Below, piece after piece: positions 38,730 to 49,200 of a stretch of DNA of 64,000 nucleotides (position 1 is its first letter; every line of letters begins with the position of its first letter). The notes beneath the pieces are model-generated. The model had not been told where the DNA came from, searched no databases, and was given only the letters and a program-made list of their open reading frames with translations. Made by a program: the position numbers and the translations under genes. Source of the DNA: Pseudomonadota bacterium (GTDB lineage Bacteria > Myxococcota > JACRCW01 > JAFGSX01); the NCBI GenBank assembly GCA_043821645.1, contig JBDRCO010000113.1, forward strand, positions 96,001-160,000, given 5' to 3'.

Positions 38730-40424
38730 CTACAGCAGCGGGATGGCATAGCCCCCGAGGATGGAGGCGCCACCCCAGGGCTGCTCGAGGCCGCCGTACA
38801 GGTAGCGCAGCTTGAGGACAAGCTCACCGGGCCCGACATGCCAGGCCACGCCGGCCTGCACCAGGGCACCCAGTGTGAGGCTGTGCCGCGTGCTTTCATC
38901 GAGCACGCTGAGCAGGTAACCCAGAGAACCTCCGAGACCAGCGAAGATCGCGAGGGAGTCTGCCACCCGCAGGCGATAGTCGGCCTGCAGTGACAGCGGT
39001 GTGGTGAACAGCTGGCGCGTGAAGGTTCGGCCAACCAGCGGCCCGGACGCGAATTCTGTCTGGCCGTACTGGTACAGTCCACCCAGCTCCAGGCGCAGGG
39101 CGAGCCCGTCGAGGACACCGCGGCCGAGCATGGTGACGTCGAGTGCCAGGCCTGGCGCGAACAAGGCCACGAAGTTGCTCTCGAAGGCGGCACTGACGCC
39201 GAGGGTCAGTCCCAGCGGCGCCTGTCCGGTCGACACCTCCGTTGCCACACCGGCGGAAGCCAGCTCCCGGGTGTCATCGTCGGCACCAACCGCCACCGCT
39301 GGCTCCGCGGCCTGGACAGTGAGCGCATGCTCTGCCGTGAGCGCTGCACCTCCCTCGACGGGGAGCTGCGCACTCAGCGCCACCTCGCCAGCCCAGTCCG
39401 GCAAGGTGAGCTGGCCTTGAAACTGCCCCGGCGCCACTTCCTGCAGCCCGCCAAGCTCGCCGCGATCGGTGGTCAGCACCGGTACACCAGGAGCAGCCTG
39501 CCCCGCCTCGTCGAGCACGCGCACCACCACGGTCACCTGGGCGCCCGGGCTCGCAGCGGGGGGCACGGTCACCAGCTCCAGCCTGGCGGGTCGCGTGGCA
39601 TCTCGCAGGGCAAATTCGACGGTGCTCGAAGAGGGCTTGTGACCGGCCATGGACACGGTGACCTTGGCGGTCTTGCCAGCGCTCCGCGGCTTTGGCTTGA
39701 AGCGGACGCTGTACACGCCCGGCCCCATTCTCTCGACACCTCCTGCAGTCCCGTACTTGGCCTTGAACTTGAGGGTGGCCTTGTCGGCGGGGGCGCCCCG
39801 CGCCGTCACCACGAAGACTCGCAGTTCGAGCGAGGTGTCATCGACGACGGCAAGCGAGGGAGCAAGTGGAACCAGCAGCACCTGCGAGAAGGGAACCATG
39901 GGAATGGGAATCTTCGTCGAGCCCGACTGCCCCTCGCTGAAGCCCGGCGGCACCTCGACCCGGATCGAGGCCTGTCCCGAGGCGTCCGCGGCCACGGGTC
40001 CGAAACTGCGCTCCCCGATGGAGATGCTGACCTCGCTGCCAGGCTGGCCCGGAACACTGAGTTCGCCCTGTCCGACCAGCGGCAGCGCGACCCACCCCAC
40101 GAGGACGCCCTGGCTGGTGTCTGCCACAGCTGCCAGGATGGCAACCTGCGGGAAAAAGGCCTCGGGCGGCTTGTAGAGGGTGACGAGGGAACCGCTGCCA
40201 CCCACAGTGGCTTCCGACAGGCTGCCAGTGCTGGCAAAGAGTCTGACAGAGGCAGGCTCGACAGCCACGGGCCCCTCGATCCGGATCGGGACTTCCGGAG
40301 TCTGTCCCAGCAACAGGGTCGGGGGATCCGCGATCAGCGTCAGCTGTCCCGGCGAGGCACCCTGTGCTTGCGAGAGCGACCCCAGAACGAGCGCAGCCAG
40401 TACGAGGGCAAGTCTACAGATCAT
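38730..40424 (-). CDS. Secreted Ig-like domain protein with probable C-terminal outer-membrane beta-barrel
   Basis: Signal peptide; invasin-like Ig modules (GPGVYSVRF, APGQFQGQL); the C-terminal ~170 aa show alternating hydrophobic strands ending ILGGYAIPLL. ATGA overlap with the fecR-like stop. Confidence 0.65.
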   Translation of the reverse strand: MICRLALVLAALVLGSLSQAQGASPGQLTLIADPPTLLLGQTPEVPIRIEGPVAVEPASVRLFASTGSLSEATVGGSGSLVTLYKPPEAFFPQVAILAAVADTSQGVLVGWVALPLVGQGELSVPGQPGSEVSISIGERSFGPVAADASGQASIRVEVPPGFSEGQSGSTKIPIPMVPFSQVLLVPLAPSLAVVDDTSLELRVFVVTARGAPADKATLKFKAKYGTAGGVERMGPGVYSVRFKPKPRSAGKTAKVTVSMAGHKPSSSTVEFALRDATRPARLELVTVPPAASPGAQVTVVVRVLDEAGQAAPGVPVLTTDRGELGGLQEVAPGQFQGQLTLPDWAGEVALSAQLPVEGGAALTAEHALTVQAAEPAVAVGADDDTRELASAGVATEVSTGQAPLGLTLGVSAAFESNFVALFAPGLALDVTMLGRGVLDGLALRLELGGLYQYGQTEFASGPLVGRTFTRQLFTTPLSLQADYRLRVADSLAIFAGLGGSLGYLLSVLDESTRHSLTLGALVQAGVAWHVGPGELVLKLRYLYGGLEQPWGGASILGGYAIPLL

Positions 40425-41488
40425 GAACCGGCTCCCCATTTGATGGTGGCGGCACCCTTCTTGGGTGCGGCCTTCTTGCCCGGCTTGGGCTTGGGCTTCG
40501 CCTTGCTCTTCGGCTTCGACAGACTCGCCTTCGCCACGCGTGTGATCGTCGGCAACTCCACCGTCTTGGGCTCACCGCCGAGCAGAGATGCCGTGACTTC
40601 GATGTTGTTGTCCCCTTCGTCCAGGGGAACCCGGGCCACGAAGCCGCCATCCGCGCGCAGCTTGACCGGGCGTCCATTCACCTGCACCTGAGCCAGTGGA
40701 TGTGCGCTGCCCTTGAAAACGATGGATGCTGTCTTGACCTCGCTGCCCCGGGGTTGGGTGACCTCGAGCTCGGGATCGCCGGTGAACACGCGAGGTGGCA
40801 GCGGGGGCTTGCCAGCAACCGCCCAGCCCGCCATCCCCTCGGGAACATCGAGGGCGCGTTTGCCCGAACGGAGCTCGACCCGACCTGCGTTGTTGACCGC
40901 GCCGAAGATGGCCCCGAACACGAAGACCTCGGTCCTCGCGTTCTCAGCGCGCATCTCCATGCCGCGAGGCCCGCTGACGATCACCTTCTTCTCCTGCGTC
41001 AGCGACGTGATCTCGATCTGCCCGCTCTGCAACACGAAGTGTGTCGTCGAGATTTCCTGGTGCCGGACGCTGAGCTGGCTGCCCTGGCGAAGCGTCAGCA
41101 CCGAGTTGGCGCCGAACTGGAGCTCGGCTTTTCCCCCCTCGGTCACACGCAGCATGTCGCCAGGCTCGACACGCTCCTTGCCCATGATGGCCGCCCAGGG
41201 TGTGCTGCCGGTCTTTCGCTCGACGGGCCCATCCATGGAAATGAAGGTGATGGCCTCGTCACTGGCTGCGGCCCCTGGATCCGGAAGCGCCACGGGCACG
41301 GTGGGATCTTCGGCGACGGGTGTCGGGTCAGAATTCACCTCGCCGCCCACGGGGCTTCGGCTGCGTGGTGGGAGCTGGAGCAGATCTTCTTGATAGGGGA
41401 TGGGCTTGACCAGCGCCCAGACCACCTGCGCGAGCAGGAACATCCCGACGCCAGAAGCGGCGCCGACAGCGATCAGCTTTCGATCCAT
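40421..41488 (-). CDS. FecR-domain membrane protein with C-terminal Ig-like domain
   Basis: N-terminal TM helix; GPVERK...W...VEPGDMLRVTEGGKAELQFG FecR-like segment; VQVNGRPV...DGGFVARVPLDEGDNNIEVTA Ig-like segment; Lys/Pro tail ending IKWGAGS. Confidence 0.75.
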   Translation of the reverse strand: MDRKLIAVGAASGVGMFLLAQVVWALVKPIPYQEDLLQLPPRSRSPVGGEVNSDPTPVAEDPTVPVALPDPGAAASDEAITFISMDGPVERKTGSTPWAAIMGKERVEPGDMLRVTEGGKAELQFGANSVLTLRQGSQLSVRHQEISTTHFVLQSGQIEITSLTQEKKVIVSGPRGMEMRAENARTEVFVFGAIFGAVNNAGRVELRSGKRALDVPEGMAGWAVAGKPPLPPRVFTGDPELEVTQPRGSEVKTASIVFKGSAHPLAQVQVNGRPVKLRADGGFVARVPLDEGDNNIEVTASLLGGEPKTVELPTITRVAKASLSKPKSKAKPKPKPGKKAAPKKGAATIKWGAGS

Positions 41489-41666
41489 GTCGCTCCCTCG
41501 AAATCAGCTGCCGTCATGGTGTCGATTAGACCACCGCCCGGGTGCTCGCACAACGCCAGCCGTCGGTCTGGCATCGACACCGGTTGGTCATCGTGCGAGG
41601 GGGGCTTGACCTGGGCCCGCCTCTCGATGTGCGCGGGTCGCGCGGGTGGTTCCCAGCGGCCTGCCG

Positions 41667-43949
41667 TCAGACCAGGCTGCGCGAGCGAAGGCGCAGGCTG
41701 TTCAGCACAACGCTGATGCTCGAGAAGGCCATGGCTGCCGCCGCCAGCGCAGGGTGGAGCATGCGCAGGGCATCTGGAAGCCAGGTCCACGGTGCCAGCA
41801 CACCGGCCGCCACGGGAATGAGCACCACGTTGTAGCCAAATGCCCAGAACAGGTTCTGCCGCACGGTCGACAGTGTCGCCCGGGACAGCTGGATGGCGCG
41901 TGGCAGGGCGCGGATGTCCCCGCCGACGAGAGTCAGGTCTGCCGCTTCGACCGCCACGTCGGCGCCACCCCCCATGGCGATGCCCACGTCTGCGCTGGCC
42001 AGTGCCGGCGCATCGTTGATGCCATCACCGACCATGGCGACGCGCTGGCCCTGGGCCTGCCAGCGACGGACGACCTCGACCTTGCCCTCGGGTTGAACCC
42101 CGGCCTCGACCTGGTTCAAGCCCACGGCCTGCGCCACGCTCGCGGCGGCCTGGGGTCTATCCCCTGTGACCATGACGGGACGCAGTCCCAGGGCGAGCAG
42201 GGAGCGTACAGCCTCGCCGGCCGAAGGGCGCGGGGGGTCCGACACCGCGAGCACACCGACGACCTTGCCGTCGCGTTCCACTGCGAAGGACGTGGCACCC
42301 TGCGCGTCGTGCGCATCGAGCGCCTGCCGCAGCGGGAGAGGCCAGCTGGTGGGGTCGGAGATCCAGTCGATGCGCCCGATGCGGATCGCGGCACCGTCGA
42401 CCCGTGCCTGGACGCCGCGACCGGGCAAACTGAGAAAGTCCGCCGCCGCTGGAGGGTCCAGGGATCTGGCGCGCGCAGCCAGGACCACCGCGCGTCCGAC
42501 GGGATGCTCCGAGGCTGCCTCGACGGCGGCCACCACCGACAGGAACGCGTCCCTGTCGGGGTCGAGACAGGTGAAACCCGTGAGTTGCGGTGCTCCCTCG
42601 GTGAGGGTGCCCGTCTTGTCCAGCAGCACCACATCGACCTGGCCGGCGCGCTCCACCGCCGCGGCGTCGCGAAACAGGACTCCCATCGCCGCCCCACGGG
42701 CCGTCCCGACCAGGATCGCCGTGGGTGTGGCCAGACCCAGGGCGCAGGGGCAGGCCACCACCAGCACGGCGATGGCGCGCACCAGCGCAGGCACGAAGGC
42801 CCCGCCCAGGCTCCACCACAGCGCCAGGGTGAGGATCGCGATCCCCACGATGGCCGGAACAAACACCGCGGAGACGCGGTCCGCCAGCTGCTGCACCGGT
42901 GCGCGGCTGGCCTGTGCGGCCTGCACCAGACGCACGATCTGGGCGAGACGCGTGTCCGCCCCCACTCCGGTGATCTCGACCTCGAGCGTGCCATCCTGGT
43001 TGAGAGTGGCACCGGTGACCCTGTCGCCGACCCCACGGTCGACGGGAACGGGTTCTCCAGTGAGCAGGCTCTCGTCGACGGCGGACCCCCCTGCCACGAC
43101 CATGCCGTCGACAGGGATGCGCTCCCCGGGCCTGACGCGAACCCGCTGACCGGGGCGCAACAGAGCCACCTCCAGGTCGTGTTCGGCACCCTGCTCATCG
43201 AGCAGGTGCGCACGCGGTGGCGCCAGGTCGAGCAAGGCGCGCAGGGCCTGGGACGCGCGGCCCCGGGCCACGGTCTCGAGCATCTTCCCGAGCTTGACCA
43301 GGGTGATGATGAGGGCGGCGGTCTCGAAGTACAGGTGTCCCGGAGCGCCGGCGAACAGCACCGCGAGCGAATACAGGTACGCGGTACTGGACCCCAGAGC
43401 AACCAGCACGTCCATGCTGGCACTGCGATTGCGGAGCGATCGCAGGGCGCCGAGGTAGAAACCCAGACCCGTGTAGAACTGTACCGGTGTGGCCAGCGCG
43501 AAGAGTGCCAGGTCGACGGCCGTCGTGTTCGCCCAGGCGCCCCATAGCCCGAAATCGCGCCCCATGCTGAGGACCAGCAATGGGGCCGTGAACACCGCGC
43601 CGACCACAAAGGCTCTGAGCTCGCGCCGCTGCTCATGCTGCCTGGCGCTGTGCTCGTCGTCGTCACCCGCTGCGACCGTCGGCGATGGCAGCACCGCCTG
43701 ATAGCCAGCCCAGCGAACCGCCTCGGCGATGTCGTCGAGGCTCGCCTGCGTCGGGTCATAGCGAACGTGGGCACTCTCGGTGGCCAGGTTGACCGTGGCC
43801 TCGGACACGCCAGGGACCATCTTGTGCAGCGCTCGCTCGACAGCGCGAGAGCAATTGGCGCAGGTCATCCCGACAATGGGAACATCGATCTGGATCCAGC
43901 GACCGGGCGCGGGCGGAGACATGCCGGGCGACGTCCGCAGCGGGCTCAT
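41667..43949 (-). CDS. copA: Cu(I)-transporting P1B-type ATPase
   Basis: GMTCANC metal-binding domain, [32 protein letters not shown] and MAFSS motifs. Confidence 0.95.
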   Translation of the reverse strand: MSPLRTSPGMSPPAPGRWIQIDVPIVGMTCANCSRAVERALHKMVPGVSEATVNLATESAHVRYDPTQASLDDIAEAVRWAGYQAVLPSPTVAAGDDDEHSARQHEQRRELRAFVVGAVFTAPLLVLSMGRDFGLWGAWANTTAVDLALFALATPVQFYTGLGFYLGALRSLRNRSASMDVLVALGSSTAYLYSLAVLFAGAPGHLYFETAALIITLVKLGKMLETVARGRASQALRALLDLAPPRAHLLDEQGAEHDLEVALLRPGQRVRVRPGERIPVDGMVVAGGSAVDESLLTGEPVPVDRGVGDRVTGATLNQDGTLEVEITGVGADTRLAQIVRLVQAAQASRAPVQQLADRVSAVFVPAIVGIAILTLALWWSLGGAFVPALVRAIAVLVVACPCALGLATPTAILVGTARGAAMGVLFRDAAAVERAGQVDVVLLDKTGTLTEGAPQLTGFTCLDPDRDAFLSVVAAVEAASEHPVGRAVVLAARARSLDPPAAADFLSLPGRGVQARVDGAAIRIGRIDWISDPTSWPLPLRQALDAHDAQGATSFAVERDGKVVGVLAVSDPPRPSAGEAVRSLLALGLRPVMVTGDRPQAAASVAQAVGLNQVEAGVQPEGKVEVVRRWQAQGQRVAMVGDGINDAPALASADVGIAMGGGADVAVEAADLTLVGGDIRALPRAIQLSRATLSTVRQNLFWAFGYNVVLIPVAAGVLAPWTWLPDALRMLHPALAAAAMAFSSISVVLNSLRLRSRSLV

Positions 43950-44155
43950 CCGTCGCTGGCGGGGTAGCCGATGGCCTCGAGGGTCTGCGCGATCTGCTCC
44001 CACGACGCCGGCGCCGTCCAGGCGATGGTCACGGTCTTGCTGGCGGGATCACCCTCGACCTGCTCGACGCCAGCGATCTCAGAGATCTCGCGGCGAATGT
44101 TCATGACGCAGTGGCCACAGCTGATCGCGGGAACCACCACACTCTTCTCGGACAT
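43946..44155 (-). CDS. copZ: Copper chaperone (HMA domain)
   Basis: 69 aa with ISCGHC and a terminal IGY. Stop overlaps the copA start (ATGA). Confidence 0.92.
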   Translation of the reverse strand: MSEKSVVVPAISCGHCVMNIRREISEIAGVEQVEGDPASKTVTIAWTAPASWEQIAQTLEAIGYPASDG

Positions 44156-44243
44156 GACCCACCTCCACGCTCAGCCACACCTCTAGTGGTGCGCCGAACA
44201 TGTACATAGCTCACGGGCGCCGCGCGGGCAGCGAGGTCAAGGC

Positions 44244-44849
44244 TTAGGGCTGTCCCAGGGCACGCAGGCATTCACTGCGAGCCACCGCGTCGTGCTCCAG
44301 CACACCCGTGAAGGCGGTGGTGACCACGCGTTCCTCGCCGCGGCGGTTTTCACCGAGGATCAAACAAAGCTGCGCAGTCTCGACCACGCAGGCCGCGCCC
44401 CGGGCTTGACCATGCTTGACCAAGGCCTCGGCCACGTCGCGGGTGAACCACTCCTGGTAGGTCAGGCGATGACCCAGGGCGTCGACCAGACGGGCAATAC
44501 GCCCGAACCCATGCAGGCAACCACCTGGAAGATAGGCCACGTGCGCCACGCCACGCCAGGGGACCAGGTGGTGCGGACACATGCCGTGCACGGCAATGTC
44601 GCGCACCGTGACCAGATCCTGCCGTGGGTCCTCGAAGCCCGAGCTCAGCAGGGACTCCAGCTGCACGTCGTAGCCATCGAGCAGCCGGCTGGCCCACAAC
44701 TCGTTCACCCGCTCGGCGGTGTGCGCCAGGTGTACCGGATCGATATCGAACCCCGCCGCCTCGAGCATGGCATTGACCGCCGCACGGAACTTTTGCTGGT
44801 CCGGCAGGCGCGTTCGCGGAAGTCCGACAGGCGTGGCATCAGGACTCAT
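44244..44849 (-). CDS. folE: GTP cyclohydrolase I (FolE)-like protein, divergent
   Basis: HTAERV, GMCPHHLVPWRGVAHVAYLP, RIARLVD, RLTYQE, QLC and VTTAFTG motifs. Confidence 0.8.
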   Translation of the reverse strand: MSPDATPVGLPRTRLPDQQKFRAAVNAMLEAAGFDIDPVHLAHTAERVNELWASRLLDGYDVQLESLLSSGFEDPRQDLVTVRDIAVHGMCPHHLVPWRGVAHVAYLPGGCLHGFGRIARLVDALGHRLTYQEWFTRDVAEALVKHGQARGAACVVETAQLCLILGENRRGEERVVTTAFTGVLEHDAVARSECLRALGQP

Positions 44850-45195
44850 GCTCACCTCGATAGATCACCGCTGACGTCGGGATCTCGTACACCCTGATCT
44901 CGAACAGCCCGCCCAGCGTGGGCGCCAACCGAGCCCAGACCCACCGTGCAATATTTTCGGCGGTCGGGATCTCGATCAGCTCATTGAGGTCGCGGTGGTC
45001 GAGATGGTCCAGGGCCTGTTCGCGGACGATCCGGTCGAGCACTGCAAAATCCATGACCATCCCGCTGTGGTCATCGATCGGACCCTGCACCGTCACTTCG
45101 ACGGTGTAGTTGTGCCCGTGCAGGCGTCGGCAAGCCCCGTCGTGGCGTTCCAGGTGGTGCGCGGCCGAGAACTCGTAGCGGTTGCGAAGAAGCAT
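44839..45195 (-). CDS. queD: 6-carboxytetrahydropterin synthase / PTPS family
   Basis: FSAAHHL, CRRLHGHNY, GMVMDF, LDHRDLN, PTAENIA and VYE motifs. Confidence 0.9.
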   Translation of the reverse strand: MLLRNRYEFSAAHHLERHDGACRRLHGHNYTVEVTVQGPIDDHSGMVMDFAVLDRIVREQALDHLDHRDLNELIEIPTAENIARWVWARLAPTLGGLFEIRVYEIPTSAVIYRGEHES

Positions 45196-45400
45196 GGCAC
45201 CTCGCCGTCTGACCGCAAGACGCTGCGGTCCACGGCCATTTAGAGAACGGCCCCCGCCGCTGTCAAGCCAGGGGCCACCGTCGGTGCCCCGGGAGTGTTC
45301 TTGGCGCACCCTCCGGAGTGCCAGGAGGACCGCGCGGTTGCGACGACAACATGCCAGTGGTATCGATTGTCTTTGGACCGATGCAAGGAAACACCAACGT

Positions 45401-46183
45401 ATGACATCACAGGAGGCGCGCAGAGCGTCACTGACCCGACATTTCGGTCAGGGCGACATCATCTTCCGCGAAGGCGAGGACGGCCGGGAGATGCTCGTGG
45501 TGCGCAAGGGTCGGGTGCGCATCTTTCGCAAGACAGGGGATTCCGAGCTCACCCTGGCCGAGCTGGGGCCAGGCGAGTCCTTTGGCGAGATGTCGATCCT
45601 GGACCAGACCACCCGCTCGGCGACGGCCATGGCGCTGGAGGAAACCGATCTCGTCGTCGTCGAGGAACACGCCTTCGAGAACATGCTCAAGGAACGTCCG
45701 GACATTGCCGTCCGGCTGCTCAAGAAGCTGTCCGCCCGATTGCGCGAGGCAAACCGGCAAATCCAGCTCCTCACGGTCCACGGCAGCGCGGCGAGGGTGG
45801 TGGAGACCCTGCGGCTGTGGAGCCAGGGACGTGGCGAGGGCGAGGTCCTGCTCACCGGGGTCACCCCGGACGAGCTGTGGCGCGCGGCCGGGACCCGGCG
45901 CGAGGTGTTTGGCGAGATCCTGCACAAGCTGGGCGAGGTTGGCATCGCGCGCTTCAGTGGCGACGGGCTTCACATCCAGTGGCCGCAGGGTCTGGACGAC
46001 TATCTCGAGTACCTGGACCTCAAGCGGTCCTTCGATCCGGCCACCAGCCAGGAGCTGGCAGCCTTGCGTCAGCTGGGCACACCCGTGCAGGCTTCGCAGG
46101 CGGACGCAGAGAAACCCGTCCACGATGAGAAGCGCGAGGATCCCTATGCGCGATTCCTGCAGCTCAAGGAGCGCTTTGAGTGA
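45401..46183 (+). CDS. Crp/Fnr-family cyclic-nucleotide-binding regulator
   Basis: IFREGEDG, FGEMSIL and RSATA cNMP motifs; HTH-like TPDELWRAAGTRRE. Confidence 0.88.
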   Translation: MTSQEARRASLTRHFGQGDIIFREGEDGREMLVVRKGRVRIFRKTGDSELTLAELGPGESFGEMSILDQTTRSATAMALEETDLVVVEEHAFENMLKERPDIAVRLLKKLSARLREANRQIQLLTVHGSAARVVETLRLWSQGRGEGEVLLTGVTPDELWRAAGTRREVFGEILHKLGEVGIARFSGDGLHIQWPQGLDDYLEYLDLKRSFDPATSQELAALRQLGTPVQASQADAEKPVHDEKREDPYARFLQLKERFE

Positions 46184-46231
46184 TGAACCCCACCGTCATG
46201 CTGGATCCCCCGGCGCGCTGAGGCAGACCCC

Positions 46232-49200
46232 ATGAGAGTCCGCTGCGAAAACTGCCAGGCACAGTACAACGTCGACGACGGGCGAGTGCCGCCCCAGGGC
46301 GTCTCCATCACCTGTCCCAAGTGCCAGACCACATTCGTGGTCAAACCGGGCAGCGGCATCGACCAGGCCGTGCCCCTGCCAAGCTCGGGGGCGACGCCTC
46401 CAGGATTTGGTGCCGTGCCCTTGCCCGGGTCCACGCCGGTTTTTCCGACCGGCCAATCGGCCATCCCCTTGCCAGGACGAGCGGCTCCGACACCCGCCGC
46501 ACGCCCTGCGGTGCCCTTTCCTGGTGCACCCTCGACACCACAGTTCGGCCAGGGGGCTGTTCCTCTACCCGGTGGAACACCCGCCAGAGGTGGTGCGGTG
46601 CCCTTGCCCGCCGGCACGGGAGGAGGCTCGGCACCTGCGCCACGTGCCTCGGGATTGAGTGACATCTTTGGAGACACGGGTGAGCGGGCGCCAGGCACGA
46701 TCGACTCGATCCCGTCACACCCCTTCCACGGCGATTCCTCGGTTGCCAAGGCCCAGCGACGGGGCAGCCTTGCTGACTTCATTGATCAGCAGGCACCGAG
46801 CGCTCCCACAGCGTCCACCCTGCAGTACCAGGTGAGACGCCGCTCCGGCCGCGTCTTCGGGCCGTATGACGAGTCCACGATCCTGTCGATGCTCCGAAAA
46901 TTCGAATTCGCCGGTAACGAGGAGGCCTCGGCCGACGGCCATAACTGGAAACCGCTTTCCGCCATCAGCGTGTTCGCTGAGGAAATACAGGCACTGACCG
47001 CAGCAGCTCTCGGAGGCCTCGGTGCCCTTCCCTCCCGCAACGATCCGGATCTTCCGGGACTCGCAGGGGTCGATCTGCCGGGACTGCCCAACATGGATCT
47101 ACCTGGGCTCCCCAACATGGACCTGCCCGGACTCCCGCGTGCCGATCTCCCGGGGCTTCCGAACGCCGACCTGCCGGGCCTGTCGGGGCGCGACCTGCCG
47201 GGCCTGTCGAACCGCGAACTCCCCGGACTGCGCAACACTGCACCCGTCGTCTACAACCCCGATCAGCATGGCCGCGGCGCGCCGTCCATGGGTCCGGACC
47301 CCATGGCGGACATCGGAATCTCGTTCTCCGATGGTCAGTCCCTGAGCTCGGGTTCCATCGACCATGCGTCGCTGGCACCCAATGATCCCCTCGCCATCGA
47401 CCTGAGTCTGTCGGTCGAGGACAGGGTCCGCACCAAGGGCCGGGGGCCTCGCGTCAAAGGCGCTCGCGAGCCTCGCGATCTGCGCTCCATCCTCCTGTTC
47501 ATCGCCAGCACCTTGATGATCGTCATCATCGCTGGCGGAGTGTTCCTCGGCCTGGCCACAGACCACGGTTGGTTCGGATACAACTGGGTCGGGAAGCACC
47601 TCATCCCGAAAGACGACCCGAATCCGACAGACACCCCTGTTCCAGTTCCCAACGCGGTGAGCACCGCCAACATCGACGAGTACATCGCGAGGGACAACCA
47701 CGTGGCGTCCGCCCAGGCCGTGCTCGTGCTGAGTGCACAGGCCACCATGACGCCGGAGCTCGCAGTGAAGAGTGCCTACGTCTATGCGCGCATGGCGCTG
47801 CTTGATGACGACCGCAGCGGCGTTGTCGCAGGGCGAGGCGCGCTGGCTCGGGCGGGTGACCTGGCGCAATCGCCGGACGCCCTGTTCGCGGGGGCCGTCT
47901 TTGACCTCCTCGAGGGAAACTGTGACGGGGCCATCGAGCTCTTGAAGACCGAGGTCGGCGCAGACCCTCCGAAGGAGCCGAAACCTCAGCTGGGCAACCT
48001 GCTCCCCCTGATGGGCCTGGCTCACAGCTGCAACAAGTTTGCAGACCCCGAGAAGGCCAACCTCTTCGTCGACGCAGCCCTAATGGCCGATCCGCACAAC
48101 CAGTTTGCGCTGTGGGTCCAGGCCCGCCTGGCGTTGCGGATGGAGGACCCTGCCACGGCCGAGGGATACCTGCAGAAGCTGGTCGAGGAGAAGCCCGACG
48201 ACGCACGAGCGTGGCTGCACCTCGCCGAGGCATCGCTTCTGGTCAAGGGTCACGAGGATCAGGCACGACGCTCGTTCGAGACCGCATTGACTGTGGGCGC
48301 CTCCACCCTGGCGCCCTGGCAGATCGGGCGAGCGAGCCTCGGCCTCGCCACGCTGCACCGTGACATGCGGCAGTTCAAGGAAGCCGAGGACGTCGCGGGA
48401 AAGTCCTTCGCGTCTGCCGGAGGCCACCCGCCCACGCTCAAGCTCATCGGTAACTTTGCCCTCGATCTGTTCATGTACGATCTGGCGCAGAAGGTCTTCC
48501 GCCGCTGCGTCGAGATCGAGCCGAACGACAGGGAGGCGGTGGTCGGACTGGCCCGCGCCCTCGCGGGCAGCCGCAATCCCCTGGAGGCTTACGAGGCACT
48601 CAATCGCCTGCTCAAGAGCGATCCGAAGGACGCGTACCTGACATTCTGGATGGGCCAGATTCACCTCGCCATGACCAAGCGCGCCCAGGCGCGGGACCTC
48701 TTCAGCAAGGCGCATACTCTGGATCCCAAGAGTGCGGCACCGCTGGTCGCGCTGGTCCAGTATGAGCTTGCCCTGGGTGACATCGACGGGGCACAGCGTT
48801 GGATCACGAAGTACCGGGATGGTGTGGCCCCGGATCAGCAGGGCGAGATGGACCTGGCGCAGTCCTGGGTCCACCAGCGTCTACGCAACTTCCCGGCCGC
48901 CATGTCCTCGGTCCAGAAGGCGATCGACAGCAAGTGGAACGGCACGCGGGTCCAGATCCAGAAAGCCCTCATCCTCATCGATGAGCTGCATCCCAAGGAA
49001 GCGGCTCCCCTGATCCGCGACGCCTACGCCGATAACCCCAACGATCCCTTCCGCATCAACGCCATGGCCTTGCTCGTCATTGCCCAGGGGAAACCCAAGG
49101 AGGCAGTGCGCCTGCTCGAAGACGCACTGGCTCGCGACAAGACCATCGCCACTTACAACCTGACCACGGCCCTGGCGCACATCGACATGGGGGAGTGGGA

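Noticed and set aside
44198-44209. ATGTACAT palindrome upstream of copZ as a copper-regulator operator
   Set aside because: Only 8 bp, and it does not match CueR, CsoR or CopY (TACA-N2-TGTA) operators convincingly.
47048-47230. 24-bp periodic repeat as a possible CRISPR array
   Set aside because: It is an in-frame coding repeat with synonymous variation, no unique spacers and no cas genes.
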